The notes under the pieces: generated by a model
Told to the model about the DNA's origin: nothing
Database searches by the model: none
Seen by the model: the letters and a program-made list of their open reading frames with translations, nothing else
Virus record (IMG/VR): IMGVR_UViG_3300044675_006867
Strand: one strand, 5' to 3'
DNA length: 63,785 bases
DNA from: a virus
Made by a program: the position numbers and the translations under genes
Part shown: positions 54,157-63,243 of the stretch, piece by piece
Layout of the letters: each line of letters opens with the position of its first letter
Position numbering within the stretch: the stretch's first letter is position 1

Positions 54157-56043
54157 TTATTTTTTAAAAATCTTAGTGAACATTGTGAAATTAAATCTCA
54201 TACTTTTGCTTATGAATTTCACGGCTTCGCCTGTAGCTTTGTCTTTTGGTCTATACTGGTTATTAATTGCTGTTAATTCTTCTAGCGTTGTTGGTGCTTC
54301 CCCAAACATGTCAGTTTGGTTCTCGGCATCATCACTCAAAACACGCTTTGCAATTCTTGAATACATAGATTTAATCTTTTCCGCACTATTCCCAATTGCT
54401 AAGGATTCTAAATATGCCTTAGCAAGTGGACTTTTTCTCACTGCTGCCTTTAAATTGTTCTCTTCATCCTGTTCTCCCATTGCGATTGATGTTTGCGCAA
54501 ACCAATCATTTAACCCCTTAATATTGCTTTCCGCATCTCCTTTTGTTTTCACAAAGCCTGTTGAATTTGCCAAGGCATACGCATAAATAGCAGATTGCAA
54601 GGCTTTCTTGTTTTCCTCATCTAAACCATGTGTCACCAGTGTAATAATACCAGATGAAAAACGATCATATAAACTAGGCTTAAGCTTTTTAATTACCTTT
54701 CTATCTGTCAAAACTGATCCTGTAATCACATTCTGAAGCATAGAAATAAAGGTATTATTAACTTGTTGTGTATCAATATCAAAGTATTTATTCATATTTT
54801 GATTGCTGAGTACCCCATCTCTCAAAAGGGAATTAATCACATTCGAGGCACCTTTAGAACCACTTTTCAAAAAGTCAGCCAAATTATCATCGCTAGAGGC
54901 CATCATCTCAGCACCTAAAAGTCTTAGTGTGCTATCACTAAGCCTTCTTGCAATTGCGCTTGTTTCTGTCCTCTCATCCATGCTTTGTGTAAAGCCTTCA
55001 TTCATTTGTCTTACAAGAAGTCTTAGATTATTCTTGTCCTGTGATGAAGGCTCATATTCTCTCACCAAAACAGGTTCCTTGAAGCTTGCTACATGGTCAC
55101 TTGAGAATCCAAAAGCATGGGCATTATTTGCTAAATATTCTTTGTATTCTTGGGCCTTTTCTGGATGGTTGCTATAGGCTCTTTGAATTGCCATAGTTCT
55201 TGAATTGCCACCTAATACAATTCGATCAGGCGTCATGATTGGCGCACCGTTAATTGCATCAGGATTCGTATTTACAACAAATGAAGGCTCTAGATTCTGA
55301 GCATTTCTAATAACTTTTAATTGTTCTGCCTTATCCGATTCATAAGCTCTCTCTTGTACTTCTTTAGGATACAAAGGATTTTCGCCAAATGACTCAGCTT
55401 TATGACTAGCTATCAAATCACTGGCTTCTATGATTTTATATTTACACTCATGCCGTACAGGTTTCCCAGCCTCTCCAGTTAAGAGAAGCCTTGCATTTTG
55501 TTTTGATTCATCAACGCTAGGGGTAACAGATACTTTTAATTGGTTCAAAAGCTTATTTAGTGCATCTATGCCACCTTGCTTAACCACGGCTTCTAAAACA
55601 TTTACAAGATTATCCGTGGTCACTTCTCTTTTTTGTGCACGTGTGGACAAAGAATCAATCTTGATTTTTCTTTTAGGTTTTTCAGTATTGCTTGGCGCTT
55701 GGCGTTCTTTTAAAGGATGTTGTTTACTAAACTTTTCTTTGAAAGCATCCTTTGTAAACTCTTCAATTTTCCCCTTGTGTTCCCCATCATCATATTTAAC
55801 CTTAATTTTATCCCCGACCGCTTCGACAATATGCGCATGATGTCTATTTTCTCCGTCACCAAATGCAAAGCTTGCACCTTGTTTTAAATGTTCGTCTTTA
55901 ACTTGAACGGACGCTGTAGCATTTGTGTAGAAATAACGATACTTGGTTTTCCCTGTCTTGGTTGCACCCACTGGGATTCTTCTCACATATTTGTGAGTCC
56001 TTGCTTTGATCAGGTCAAGGATTACTGAGTAAAATGAAAACAT
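54157..56043 (-). CDS. Head-module paralog P4: shared N-terminal module plus a ParB-like (polyvalent-protein type) domain
   Basis: KIIEASDLIASHKAESFGENPLYPKEVQERAY...INGAPIMTPDRIVLGGNSRTMAIQRAY matches the ParB-like pattern seen in DarB-type/polyvalent proteins (dl..SH...np.YP..lQ.R...GaPiv....v.sGN.Rt.a). Confidence 0.7.
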   Translation of the reverse strand: MFSFYSVILDLIKARTHKYVRRIPVGATKTGKTKYRYFYTNATASVQVKDEHLKQGASFAFGDGENRHHAHIVEAVGDKIKVKYDDGEHKGKIEEFTKDAFKEKFSKQHPLKERQAPSNTEKPKRKIKIDSLSTRAQKREVTTDNLVNVLEAVVKQGGIDALNKLLNQLKVSVTPSVDESKQNARLLLTGEAGKPVRHECKYKIIEASDLIASHKAESFGENPLYPKEVQERAYESDKAEQLKVIRNAQNLEPSFVVNTNPDAINGAPIMTPDRIVLGGNSRTMAIQRAYSNHPEKAQEYKEYLANNAHAFGFSSDHVASFKEPVLVREYEPSSQDKNNLRLLVRQMNEGFTQSMDERTETSAIARRLSDSTLRLLGAEMMASSDDNLADFLKSGSKGASNVINSLLRDGVLSNQNMNKYFDIDTQQVNNTFISMLQNVITGSVLTDRKVIKKLKPSLYDRFSSGIITLVTHGLDEENKKALQSAIYAYALANSTGFVKTKGDAESNIKGLNDWFAQTSIAMGEQDEENNLKAAVRKSPLAKAYLESLAIGNSAEKIKSMYSRIAKRVLSDDAENQTDMFGEAPTTLEELTAINNQYRPKDKATGEAVKFISKSMRFNFTMFTKIFKK

Positions 56044-56046
56044 TGG

Positions 56047-56307
56047 TTACTCCTTTTCTGCTTTCATAAGAATATCTTTGCTAATTGCTTTAAGTCTTTG
56101 TTCATACAAGTTAACCATGCTACCAGCAAGCTCAGAAATAGCCTTGATTTCTCCACCTCGTGATTTTTGCGCCTTAAGCATGGTTTCATATTCATCAGGA
56201 TAGATCATGCTTGCAATCGTGCTTGCATTGGCTTGTAGGTGCTTTGTAAGCGTGTCAAGATCATAGCTCTTAAGCTCTTGTTCGCTAAGCTCTAAATTAA
56301 GCTTCAT
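56047..56307 (-). CDS. Hypothetical small protein
   Basis: The ATG at 56307 has AGAGAGG upstream. The track start at 56325 is TTG. Confidence 0.6.
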   Translation of the reverse strand: MKLNLELSEQELKSYDLDTLTKHLQANASTIASMIYPDEYETMLKAQKSRGGEIKAISELAGSMVNLYEQRLKAISKDILMKAEKE

Positions 56308-57106
56308 TTTGTTCCTCTCTTTCAAATTGCTTCATCATTTTCTTAGCCCATGAGAAGCCTGGATTACCACCCCATAGCATCCATGAGATATATGCCTTGC
56401 TCGATTTGTCATCATGGTACTTTTTATAAGCTGAGTGTCTTGAAAAAAAAGAATACATACGCTTAATAGTTTCCTTAGTCACATGTCCTTGAACTAGGTT
56501 GCTTGCTCTTTGTACTCCGCTTCCGATTCCTAGCTTGCCCGCTTGCCTTGAATCTAAGCCACCATGCCCAAACTCTCTTCTAAGCTCTAAGCCCCTTTGT
56601 GCTGCAGCCCTCACGCCCTGGGGTACCTCAAAGCTATTTGCGCCCTTTGTTAGCTTAGTTCTTCTGTAGACTACATCCGTAATCAATGGAACCAAGGCAT
56701 ATTGAATAAAGGCACGAACGGGGCTTGTGATATCAGATAAATCAGCTTCCATAATATCAATGATTCTCTGTTGCATATTTGCATTTCTAATGAAGTCCCT
56801 TGCCACTCGATCAGCAAGCATTTTGATAACCTTGGGCTTAAGAAGCCTAGCACAAAGCTTCTCTCTCTCCTCATCTGGTAATATGCTTATTTGCTCCATG
56901 ATTTGAGTGCTGAGAAAGGCATATTCATTCATGATTGTATCATTGACAATGTCAAAAATAGTACCAGCGGTTATCACCTTAACAGGGGCTTCTATAATAT
57001 CCGTAATCTCATCAAATCTTGGATGAGGGTGCAATTGGCTTTTGAACCAATTTGCGATATTTACATATTTAAACATGTCAAATCCTAGCGTTAAAATACT
57101 AGGCAT
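56297..57106 (-). CDS. Portal-adjacent head protein, function unknown
   Basis: 269 aa, 7 nt after the portal stop. Confidence 0.65.
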   Translation of the reverse strand: MPSILTLGFDMFKYVNIANWFKSQLHPHPRFDEITDIIEAPVKVITAGTIFDIVNDTIMNEYAFLSTQIMEQISILPDEEREKLCARLLKPKVIKMLADRVARDFIRNANMQQRIIDIMEADLSDITSPVRAFIQYALVPLITDVVYRRTKLTKGANSFEVPQGVRAAAQRGLELRREFGHGGLDSRQAGKLGIGSGVQRASNLVQGHVTKETIKRMYSFFSRHSAYKKYHDDKSSKAYISWMLWGGNPGFSWAKKMMKQFEREEQNEA

Positions 57107-57112
57107 ATGTTA

Positions 57113-58711
57113 TCAAATTTCAATTGTGAATTTGTGGTTTTTTATTTGTGCCTTTTGTACCTGCTCTTCTTGCTCTTCTTGGTCTTGGTCTTCTCCTTCA
57201 TCTTCTTGCTCTCCTTCCTGCTCTGATTCATCATAGCCTTGATCTCCTTGGGCTTGTTGCTCTTGGCTTGCTTGTGACATTCCTAGCGACGTAATATAGG
57301 CCTGGTTCAAAATCACATCACCACCTTCAATCTTGGGCAAATTATACTTGGCTCGAATCTCATTCACGGTCAAAAAGTTACTTACTCTTTGTACATCAGC
57401 TGACAACACATCCTTTTCCGTTTCTAAATCCAAGCCAACAAAACGGAGCTCATATTTATCATGTGATACTGGATGGATAATGAACCGATTTAGCCAATTT
57501 TGAACGCTTCTTAAGAGAGGATAAAGCCCTTTGTCCTTTGATGCCTGGATTCTTGCCCCTGGGCCTTGCTGAGTCAATGCCCCTGTTTGTCCCTCGGTAC
57601 CAAATACAAAGCCTAGCTCCGCGGGGTCAATTTGGAATAAGGCACATGATAGCTTGGTTAAATAGCCAATCCATTGAGTGTATCCCATTTCCTCAGCACT
57701 ACCGCCAATTGATACGCTTTGTAAATCCTCTTTTAGATTGGTATCTGGGTCTAATTGAATAATAGGGGTTCTCTTCGCTTGTGCTGCACCACTTAGCATC
57801 GCATACATATCACGCTTAAACGACCTAAATGTATTTGGTGACATTTTACTTTTGAGAACAAGAATACTAGGTGCATGAATACCATTGATGAAATTTGACG
57901 CGTTGTAGGTCTCCGCGTTGACTAAGTGCGTTACTACTCTAATGAGCTCCTCGAGTTCAGGGAATCCATAGCCCCTAGCATGATAAGTAGTTCTTGGTCT
58001 TCTGATACAAAAGGCTAAATTCTCAGCATCGAACTCAGCAACCTTTTTCCCATTGATCACTTGAATAAAGGCGGTATGCTCCCAATCTCTACGCCCTTCC
58101 TCCTTCTCCTTTTCACTGAGTGCACTTCTTCTAATGGTTGAACCATCCACTGGAATGAAGCCCGCTATTTCCCCCTTGCGATTCTTGATAATTTCAAAGG
58201 CCGCCTGATCATAGGTCAAGGAGTCTCTAAGAATCATTTTAACAAAGGCTTCAAAATTGAAGGCACCTCCGAATCGGTAGCCCTCTCCACAGGTTTCTAG
58301 CCACTTTGATAATTCCCTCATTTCCTTGGTTTCCTCGGGCGTGGGCTTCCGTTCTTGGTCTCTAAGTCGGATCACATACCCAGCCTTGTATTGATCCTCT
58401 TGTGGTACGCAAAATTCCGCAATCTGATTTAACCTTGTTTGTATGATCGCACTGATCACAGGCACGCGGGACATAAATTGCAAAATGTCATAATCTACGC
58501 CAAAAGTCCCTTCGTGAGCATTGTCTCTATATGAATCGCTGGTGGCATACATTGAATAATTATATGGATCGACATCATACGCTGAGGGCTCAATTTTACC
58601 CCCTCCCTCTGCTGCCTTAAGTGCCTTTTGAATTAAATCCTCACTGATATCCGATAGCTCTTCTAGCGCTTCCCTGGTATCCGTCTTCTTTTCTCGTCTT
58701 ATTTGATACAT
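57113..58711 (-). CDS. Portal protein
   Basis: ~530 aa, first gene of the late operon upstream of the MuF-like gene, with an acidic C-terminal tail. The ATG at 58711 has AAGGAG 5 nt upstream. Confidence 0.7.
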   Translation of the reverse strand: MYQIRREKKTDTREALEELSDISEDLIQKALKAAEGGGKIEPSAYDVDPYNYSMYATSDSYRDNAHEGTFGVDYDILQFMSRVPVISAIIQTRLNQIAEFCVPQEDQYKAGYVIRLRDQERKPTPEETKEMRELSKWLETCGEGYRFGGAFNFEAFVKMILRDSLTYDQAAFEIIKNRKGEIAGFIPVDGSTIRRSALSEKEKEEGRRDWEHTAFIQVINGKKVAEFDAENLAFCIRRPRTTYHARGYGFPELEELIRVVTHLVNAETYNASNFINGIHAPSILVLKSKMSPNTFRSFKRDMYAMLSGAAQAKRTPIIQLDPDTNLKEDLQSVSIGGSAEEMGYTQWIGYLTKLSCALFQIDPAELGFVFGTEGQTGALTQQGPGARIQASKDKGLYPLLRSVQNWLNRFIIHPVSHDKYELRFVGLDLETEKDVLSADVQRVSNFLTVNEIRAKYNLPKIEGGDVILNQAYITSLGMSQASQEQQAQGDQGYDESEQEGEQEDEGEDQDQEEQEEQVQKAQIKNHKFTIEI

Positions 58712-58811
58712 GGTGCTCCTTTGCATGTGCTCATAGTACTATTTTTCATTGTAATATTTTGACAATATGAAAGCATAGCAAATTTATTTTTATTTATTTT
58801 TGTAAAAAGAT

Positions 58812-58840
58812 TTGACAAAGTGAAAAATATGTATTACCAT
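58812..58840 (+). promoter_or_regulatory. Early promoter, TTGACAAAGTG family (TTGACA-N17-TACCAT)
   Basis: The plus strand reads TTGACAAAGTGAAAAATATGTATTACCAT. It is divergent from the portal operon. Confidence 0.7.
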
Positions 58841-58884
58841 GAACACATCCACCAACCAAAACAATAAAAACAAGGATAAGCAAA

Positions 58885-59121
58885 ATGCAAAACATCGAAT
58901 TCAAAAGCTCAGCAATCATGACAACCAAGGAAGGTAAATCCGCGTACATTTATCTAAGAGAGGACGGCGTAGCTATTCTATACGGCGTATTTAAGCCCGA
59001 ATGGTGGGACACTGAGGTTTCAACCGTTGATTTATATGTTGAATGCGCAAAAGAAGAGGCTGAGGGAATGATCCATAGTGGTGTGTACTATGCAAAAAAG
59101 GTATCTTTAGAAGCTTTGTAA
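58885..59121 (+). CDS. Hypothetical protein
   Basis: 78 aa with AAGGA upstream, followed by a terminator. Confidence 0.65.
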   Translation: MQNIEFKSSAIMTTKEGKSAYIYLREDGVAILYGVFKPEWWDTEVSTVDLYVECAKEEAEGMIHSGVYYAKKVSLEAL

Positions 59122-59163
59122 GACAGCTGATTTAGGTACCAGCGAACTAAATAAGCTAAAGGA

Positions 59164-59187
59164 AGCCCCTTAATTGGGGCTTTTTTT
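59164..59187 (+). terminator. Rho-independent terminator
   Basis: AGCCCC-TTAATT-GGGGCT followed by T7. Confidence 0.8.
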
Positions 59188-59461
59188 ATTTGTGTCCTTG
59201 GTCAACCAGGGCAAGAATCGCATAGCCCGCTAAATCCATATATGGGCTTTCCCCCATAGGATCATTATTCTCAGCGATCCTATTTATCTTATCGAGCATA
59301 CGAACGATTACATGTATATCCTTGTATTTTGTCGCTGGTATCCCATTTGGATATATGATCTTTAGAAGCTCAGTAGTCTTTTGAAAAGCATTACCATATG
59401 CCTCATTTTTCTTCTCTAATAGAGTGCTTAGCTTCTTTGCTACCTTCTTATATTTACTCAT
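59186..59461 (-). CDS. DUF1599-like small protein
   Basis: KKNEAYGNAF ... MLDKINRI ... DLAGYAILAL resembles my recollection of the DUF1599 pattern (KN.dYG.af...Kl.Ri...D..nYa). Confidence 0.4.
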   Translation of the reverse strand: MSKYKKVAKKLSTLLEKKNEAYGNAFQKTTELLKIIYPNGIPATKYKDIHVIVRMLDKINRIAENNDPMGESPYMDLAGYAILALVDQGHK

Positions 59462-59732
59462 TGGCTATCTCCTTAATAAGCGTGTTTTTGATTGCCTGGA
59501 CTACTTGCACAAAGCCTGCTGCCTTGATACAAATTACCCGTTGTTCATTGAAGATATGTATTGTAGCCCCCATTTTGTCCGAGTGTATTTCTAGCACAAG
59601 CTCGGAACCATCCTCATCTAAGAGGATTCTTGCGCGCCCAGTGTCAAAGACCATTACCGCGTTGTGTTTTTTGCCCGCTAAGGCTTCTTGTATGCCCTCC
59701 GACAAGAAGAGCATTTCATCATCAGTTATCAT
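59454..59732 (-). CDS. Hypothetical protein
   Basis: 92 aa with overlapping start/stop codons on both sides. Confidence 0.65.
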   Translation of the reverse strand: MITDDEMLFLSEGIQEALAGKKHNAVMVFDTGRARILLDEDGSELVLEIHSDKMGATIHIFNEQRVICIKAAGFVQVVQAIKNTLIKEIANE

Positions 59733-60478
59733 TTGTCCCCCAGATGCAATAGTGGTTCATGGTTGGCTATTCTTTCCAGGGACTTATTGTAGTAGGTTTC
59801 ATCCTTTTCTATGCAAATAAAATGCCTATTGCTATTGAGACAAGCAATAGCTGTTGTTCCGCTACCACTACAATTATCTAAGACGACTTCGCCTTCATTT
59901 GTGTAGGTCTTGATTAGATACTCAAAGAGGGCTACGGGCTTTTGCGTTGGGTGCTGTGTGCTTCCTTGGCTAGGAATGCTTATAACATCGCTAGGATAAT
60001 AAAGTCCATTATTGACCGTTGGGATTCGCGCTAGCGCTTCATCACCGTAACCGCTTTTACCGCCAATGGATGATTTAGCATTGGATATAAAATATGGTTT
60101 CCCTGATACTTTTTGAGGATTATATGTGGGCTGGTTTTTATAGAAAAGTAATATGTCTTCATGTTGTGCTAGCGGGCGTCGATTTGCGTTTAAAAATTGT
60201 GTCTTAAGTGATTTATGCCAAACATATTTATACCTAAAAAGACGGGGATTACTTGCCCATAGCTTAAAAGTAAATATGTTATTAGCCGTTAAAACGATAG
60301 CCCCATTGTCCTTGATTACTCTCTCATACTCAGCCCATAACTTGCCCATATCCAGCACGCTATCCCACTCACACGCTGTAGTCCCATAAGGCAAGTCACA
60401 AAGTATCATATCAACGCTTTTACTTGGTATGGAGGGCATCAGCTCCAAGCAATCCCCCAAGTGTACCTTGTCAATCAT
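59729..60478 (-). CDS. DNA methyltransferase paralog A (DPPY-type N6A/N4C family, motif IV before motif I)
   Basis: DLPYG (motif IV), HPTQKP and NCSGSGTT (motif I). Confidence 0.85.
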   Translation of the reverse strand: MIDKVHLGDCLELMPSIPSKSVDMILCDLPYGTTACEWDSVLDMGKLWAEYERVIKDNGAIVLTANNIFTFKLWASNPRLFRYKYVWHKSLKTQFLNANRRPLAQHEDILLFYKNQPTYNPQKVSGKPYFISNAKSSIGGKSGYGDEALARIPTVNNGLYYPSDVISIPSQGSTQHPTQKPVALFEYLIKTYTNEGEVVLDNCSGSGTTAIACLNSNRHFICIEKDETYYNKSLERIANHEPLLHLGDK

Positions 60479-60603
60479 CTATGCTTCTCCAAGGTGTCAA
60501 TGATCTGCTCCAAATAGGTTAAAACAAGTAGCTGGATTTCTTTATCCTCTCTAAGCAGGGGCTCAGCAATTTGCTTCAAAAGCTTCAAGGCTTCAATGAT
60601 CAT
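60475..60603 (-). CDS. Small 42-aa ORF translationally coupled on both sides
   Basis: Not in the track because it is under 60 aa. Its ATG overlaps the upstream stop (TAATG) and its TGA overlaps the methyltransferase ATG (ATGA). It reads MIIEALKLLKQIAEPLLREDKEIQLLVLTYLEQIIDTLEKHR. Confidence 0.45.
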   Translation of the reverse strand: MIIEALKLLKQIAEPLLREDKEIQLLVLTYLEQIIDTLEKHR

Positions 60604-60830
60604 TAATACCCCCTTGTGATTTCAAATAGAAGGATGGTGACAAGGATGCACAGCATTAAAATTGGAATATGGAAGCACATTCCACCAATGAGAAAAGCAC
60701 AGCCCATTATGAAGGCCAAGCCCCGCCAATCGCCTGTTTCTCTAAGTACATCAAAGCAAGCATCAAAGACAGGGGCAAAGAAAAATAAGATACAAAGGTA
60801 AACAAAGATACCTAGTCCAAAATCGAACAT
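60603..60830 (-). CDS. Small integral membrane protein
   Basis: 75 aa with two or three hydrophobic helices. Confidence 0.6.
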   Translation of the reverse strand: MFDFGLGIFVYLCILFFFAPVFDACFDVLRETGDWRGLAFIMGCAFLIGGMCFHIPILMLCILVTILLFEITRGY

Positions 60831-61316
60831 TTAAAATCTCTCATCAGTCCCAAGGCGCTCAAAAAGCACTTGGATATTGTTTTCTTGTAGATAGTTTATT
60901 CCAGCATCCTCAGTAAGAGAAGCCCCTAAATAGCCCCCTCTGATAATAACAACAGCTTCAATGAGTGCATGATGAATCAGCTTTGCGCACATTAGGCAAG
61001 GTTCACCATTGACCAAAGCCCAAGCCCCTTTAGTGCTGATGCCCATAGAAGCAGCATTGCAAATTGCATTAGCCTCAGCATGATGACAGCCTATCTGTGG
61101 GTTGTCTCCGCTAGTGATACACTTCTTATCTCGGATGCATTCCGAACCACCACAAAGGGCATATGCACCTTTAGGGGCACCGTTCCAGCCGTCACTTATG
61201 ATTCTATTATGCAGGGGATCAAGAAGCACACATGCAAATTTTCTTCGTGTACAAGTCGAATTCTTGGCGGTCAATAGAACCTGGTTCATTCTTTGTTCTA
61301 GGTGCTTAAGCTTCAT
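60831..61316 (-). CDS. dCMP deaminase
   Basis: CHHAEANAI and GEPCLMCAKLI match the zinc-binding HAE / PCxxC motifs. Confidence 0.85.
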   Translation of the reverse strand: MKLKHLEQRMNQVLLTAKNSTCTRRKFACVLLDPLHNRIISDGWNGAPKGAYALCGGSECIRDKKCITSGDNPQIGCHHAEANAICNAASMGISTKGAWALVNGEPCLMCAKLIHHALIEAVVIIRGGYLGASLTEDAGINYLQENNIQVLFERLGTDERF

Positions 61317-61936
61317 GCTTTCCTCAGTAGCTGAAAAACCTTAGTATAATTGATGGTGTTGCCCTTTACCCCTGTGTAGCCCTCTTCATTAAGCTTCTCA
61401 GCAATTTGATGAAGTGTAAGCCCTCTTGTTCTAAGCTCTTTGGCTCTTGCTTGTAGAGGTGTCTGATAGCTTCCTTGGTTCTTCTTTTCTAAAATATCCT
61501 TGAAGGCATAGCAGACCAAGGAATGAGACCATGAAGCCCCCCTACGGCTAGTATATCCATGATCATTTAGTGCTTGTGCAATCTCTCTACTACTCTTCTT
61601 TTGAGCCACAAGGGTTTCAACCAGCGGGCGGGGATCACTTGTAGGGCACTTGTTGGCTAATTGTCTAAAGCGATATGACAGCGCCGTGCATTGCTGTTGA
61701 AAGACCTCTAAAGCCAAGGGCTCAGCACTTAGATCAACAATTTTACTCAGCATATGTGCAGCACGATTACAAAGCTCAGCTACCGAATTACTAAGCTTCA
61801 AATCGTAATCGAGCTCACTAAAAGCATTCCCCTTCTTGCTCGGTTCTTGGGCTGGTGCTTGTTGTTCCTGTGGGGATAGGTGATCAATAAAAGCAAGCTC
61901 CTCTAAAATTTGGGTTTTAGTCATCGCTGGATTCAC
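61313..61936 (-). CDS. DNA-binding protein with two recombinase-type HTH modules and no catalytic resolvase domain
   Basis: SSREIAQALNDHGYTSRRGASWSHSLV and LTLHQIAEKLNEEGYTGVKGNTINYTKV follow the pattern IA..LN..G..t..G..W....V. Confidence 0.55.
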   Translation of the reverse strand: MNPAMTKTQILEELAFIDHLSPQEQQAPAQEPSKKGNAFSELDYDLKLSNSVAELCNRAAHMLSKIVDLSAEPLALEVFQQQCTALSYRFRQLANKCPTSDPRPLVETLVAQKKSSREIAQALNDHGYTSRRGASWSHSLVCYAFKDILEKKNQGSYQTPLQARAKELRTRGLTLHQIAEKLNEEGYTGVKGNTINYTKVFQLLRKA

Positions 61937-62279
61937 CTATCAAAAGGGCTTCATTTGTGCTTTGTTGTGCCTTATCGCTGAGAACCTTAGCAAGCTGAGC
62001 CACTGAGTCAATAATACTCATATTTGCAAGCTCCTTGACACTCTGATCAAAATCAACGTTATCCTTCTTGCTTTTGATTTCCACCTGTAAAGCGAGATTG
62101 AAAAGCGCAGCTAGTGCATATTTGTCATTGTTGTTTACCTTGCTAGCAAAGTGTCTTAAAACCATTGTTTCAAAGGGGGATAAGTGCAGGGTTACCTTTT
62201 TAAGCTTGTCTTTTAGCTTCATGTTTTCCTCCAGGGGCTGTATTTCCCTTGGTTTATGTGTTTTTTGCTTTGTTGTCAA
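61917..62279 (-). CDS. Hypothetical protein
   Basis: 120 aa, in the operon. Confidence 0.6.
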   Translation of the reverse strand: MTTKQKTHKPREIQPLEENMKLKDKLKKVTLHLSPFETMVLRHFASKVNNNDKYALAALFNLALQVEIKSKKDNVDFDQSVKELANMSIIDSVAQLAKVLSDKAQQSTNEALLIGESSDD

Positions 62280-62309
62280 ATAGTAAACACATAAACAAAG
62301 CCCTTACTT

Positions 62310-63068
62310 TCAAGTATATATTCTTTTTATTTTGTCTAAGCGGTCTATGTCCAGCCCATCAAAAGGCGCCTTGATGATACTAAGCTTAGTAAACTCAACG
62401 GGAATAGAATCCGTGGAATATGCTCCATATGCAACGCCTCTATATACCGTTGCAACATTGCTCATCCAATGCTCTAATTCCGCCTTTAGCTGATATCCCC
62501 CCCATGAGGCCACACAATACAAAATAGCTTCATCCATCCTACATTCACATTGGGCTTCATCTAGCCTAGCATCTATCAAAACGCCTGTTGTATGGTGAAG
62601 CCTTGGGGACATAATAGCAACCTCACTAGGATAACCAAGCCAAAGCTTCACCGCGGTTTGCTGATCCACAATGCTTTGATTCAAGTTCCTATTGACTACA
62701 TCGCATGCTTGTAAAAGCTCATAAAGAAGCTGTGTGCAGGGCTCATCAGGCTGTGCAATCCTAGTGATCAGCATACTCGGGCTATCAGGATCAAAGGCAA
62801 GCATTTTAACAAGCTTATCCTTTCTCATTTTCCATAGCTTGCCCCATTGTTCAAGAAGCTCTACACTAAAGCTATTATTGTTCAGCATGCGACAAAATGA
62901 GCTAAAGGGAATATCTAGCTCCTCAGATAACCAGCCCCTTATTTCACAATCATCCAGCGCACGCCTGGTTGCCAATAGTGCACCATCACAAAGGCTTAAT
63001 GGTCTTACTGTTTGGTATGTGCTATTTACTCGGCGATATTGTCTACTGAGCTTTGCATTCTTCTTCAT
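62310..63068 (-). CDS. Hypothetical protein
   Basis: 252 aa, in the operon. Confidence 0.65.
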   Translation of the reverse strand: MKKNAKLSRQYRRVNSTYQTVRPLSLCDGALLATRRALDDCEIRGWLSEELDIPFSSFCRMLNNNSFSVELLEQWGKLWKMRKDKLVKMLAFDPDSPSMLITRIAQPDEPCTQLLYELLQACDVVNRNLNQSIVDQQTAVKLWLGYPSEVAIMSPRLHHTTGVLIDARLDEAQCECRMDEAILYCVASWGGYQLKAELEHWMSNVATVYRGVAYGAYSTDSIPVEFTKLSIIKAPFDGLDIDRLDKIKRIYT

Positions 63069-63243
63069 CTAGTCCCTCAATTTTCCTGTCCCGTACCTCC
63101 TCATACTCAAGCATTAAAAGAACGGCTTTGATATTTTCAAGGCTGTGCTTTGTTTCCTGGTAGAGATGGGGGCTCTTGGCTAAAAAGTCTGTTATTCGGT
63201 TGAGGGTATGCTTATATTCTATAATTTCTTTGTACATAGGCAC
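63043..63243 (-). CDS. Hypothetical small protein
   Basis: 66 aa, immediately downstream of methyltransferase B. Confidence 0.55.
   Translation of the reverse strand: MPMYKEIIEYKHTLNRITDFLAKSPHLYQETKHSLENIKAVLLMLEYEEVRDRKIEGLDEEECKAQ

Noticed and set aside
61313-61936. Serine recombinase or integrase (lysogeny module), based on the recombinase-type HTH modules.
   Set aside because: No resolvase catalytic domain (no N-terminal Ser-containing motif) is present and the protein is only 207 aa. There is no repressor or attP-like context.
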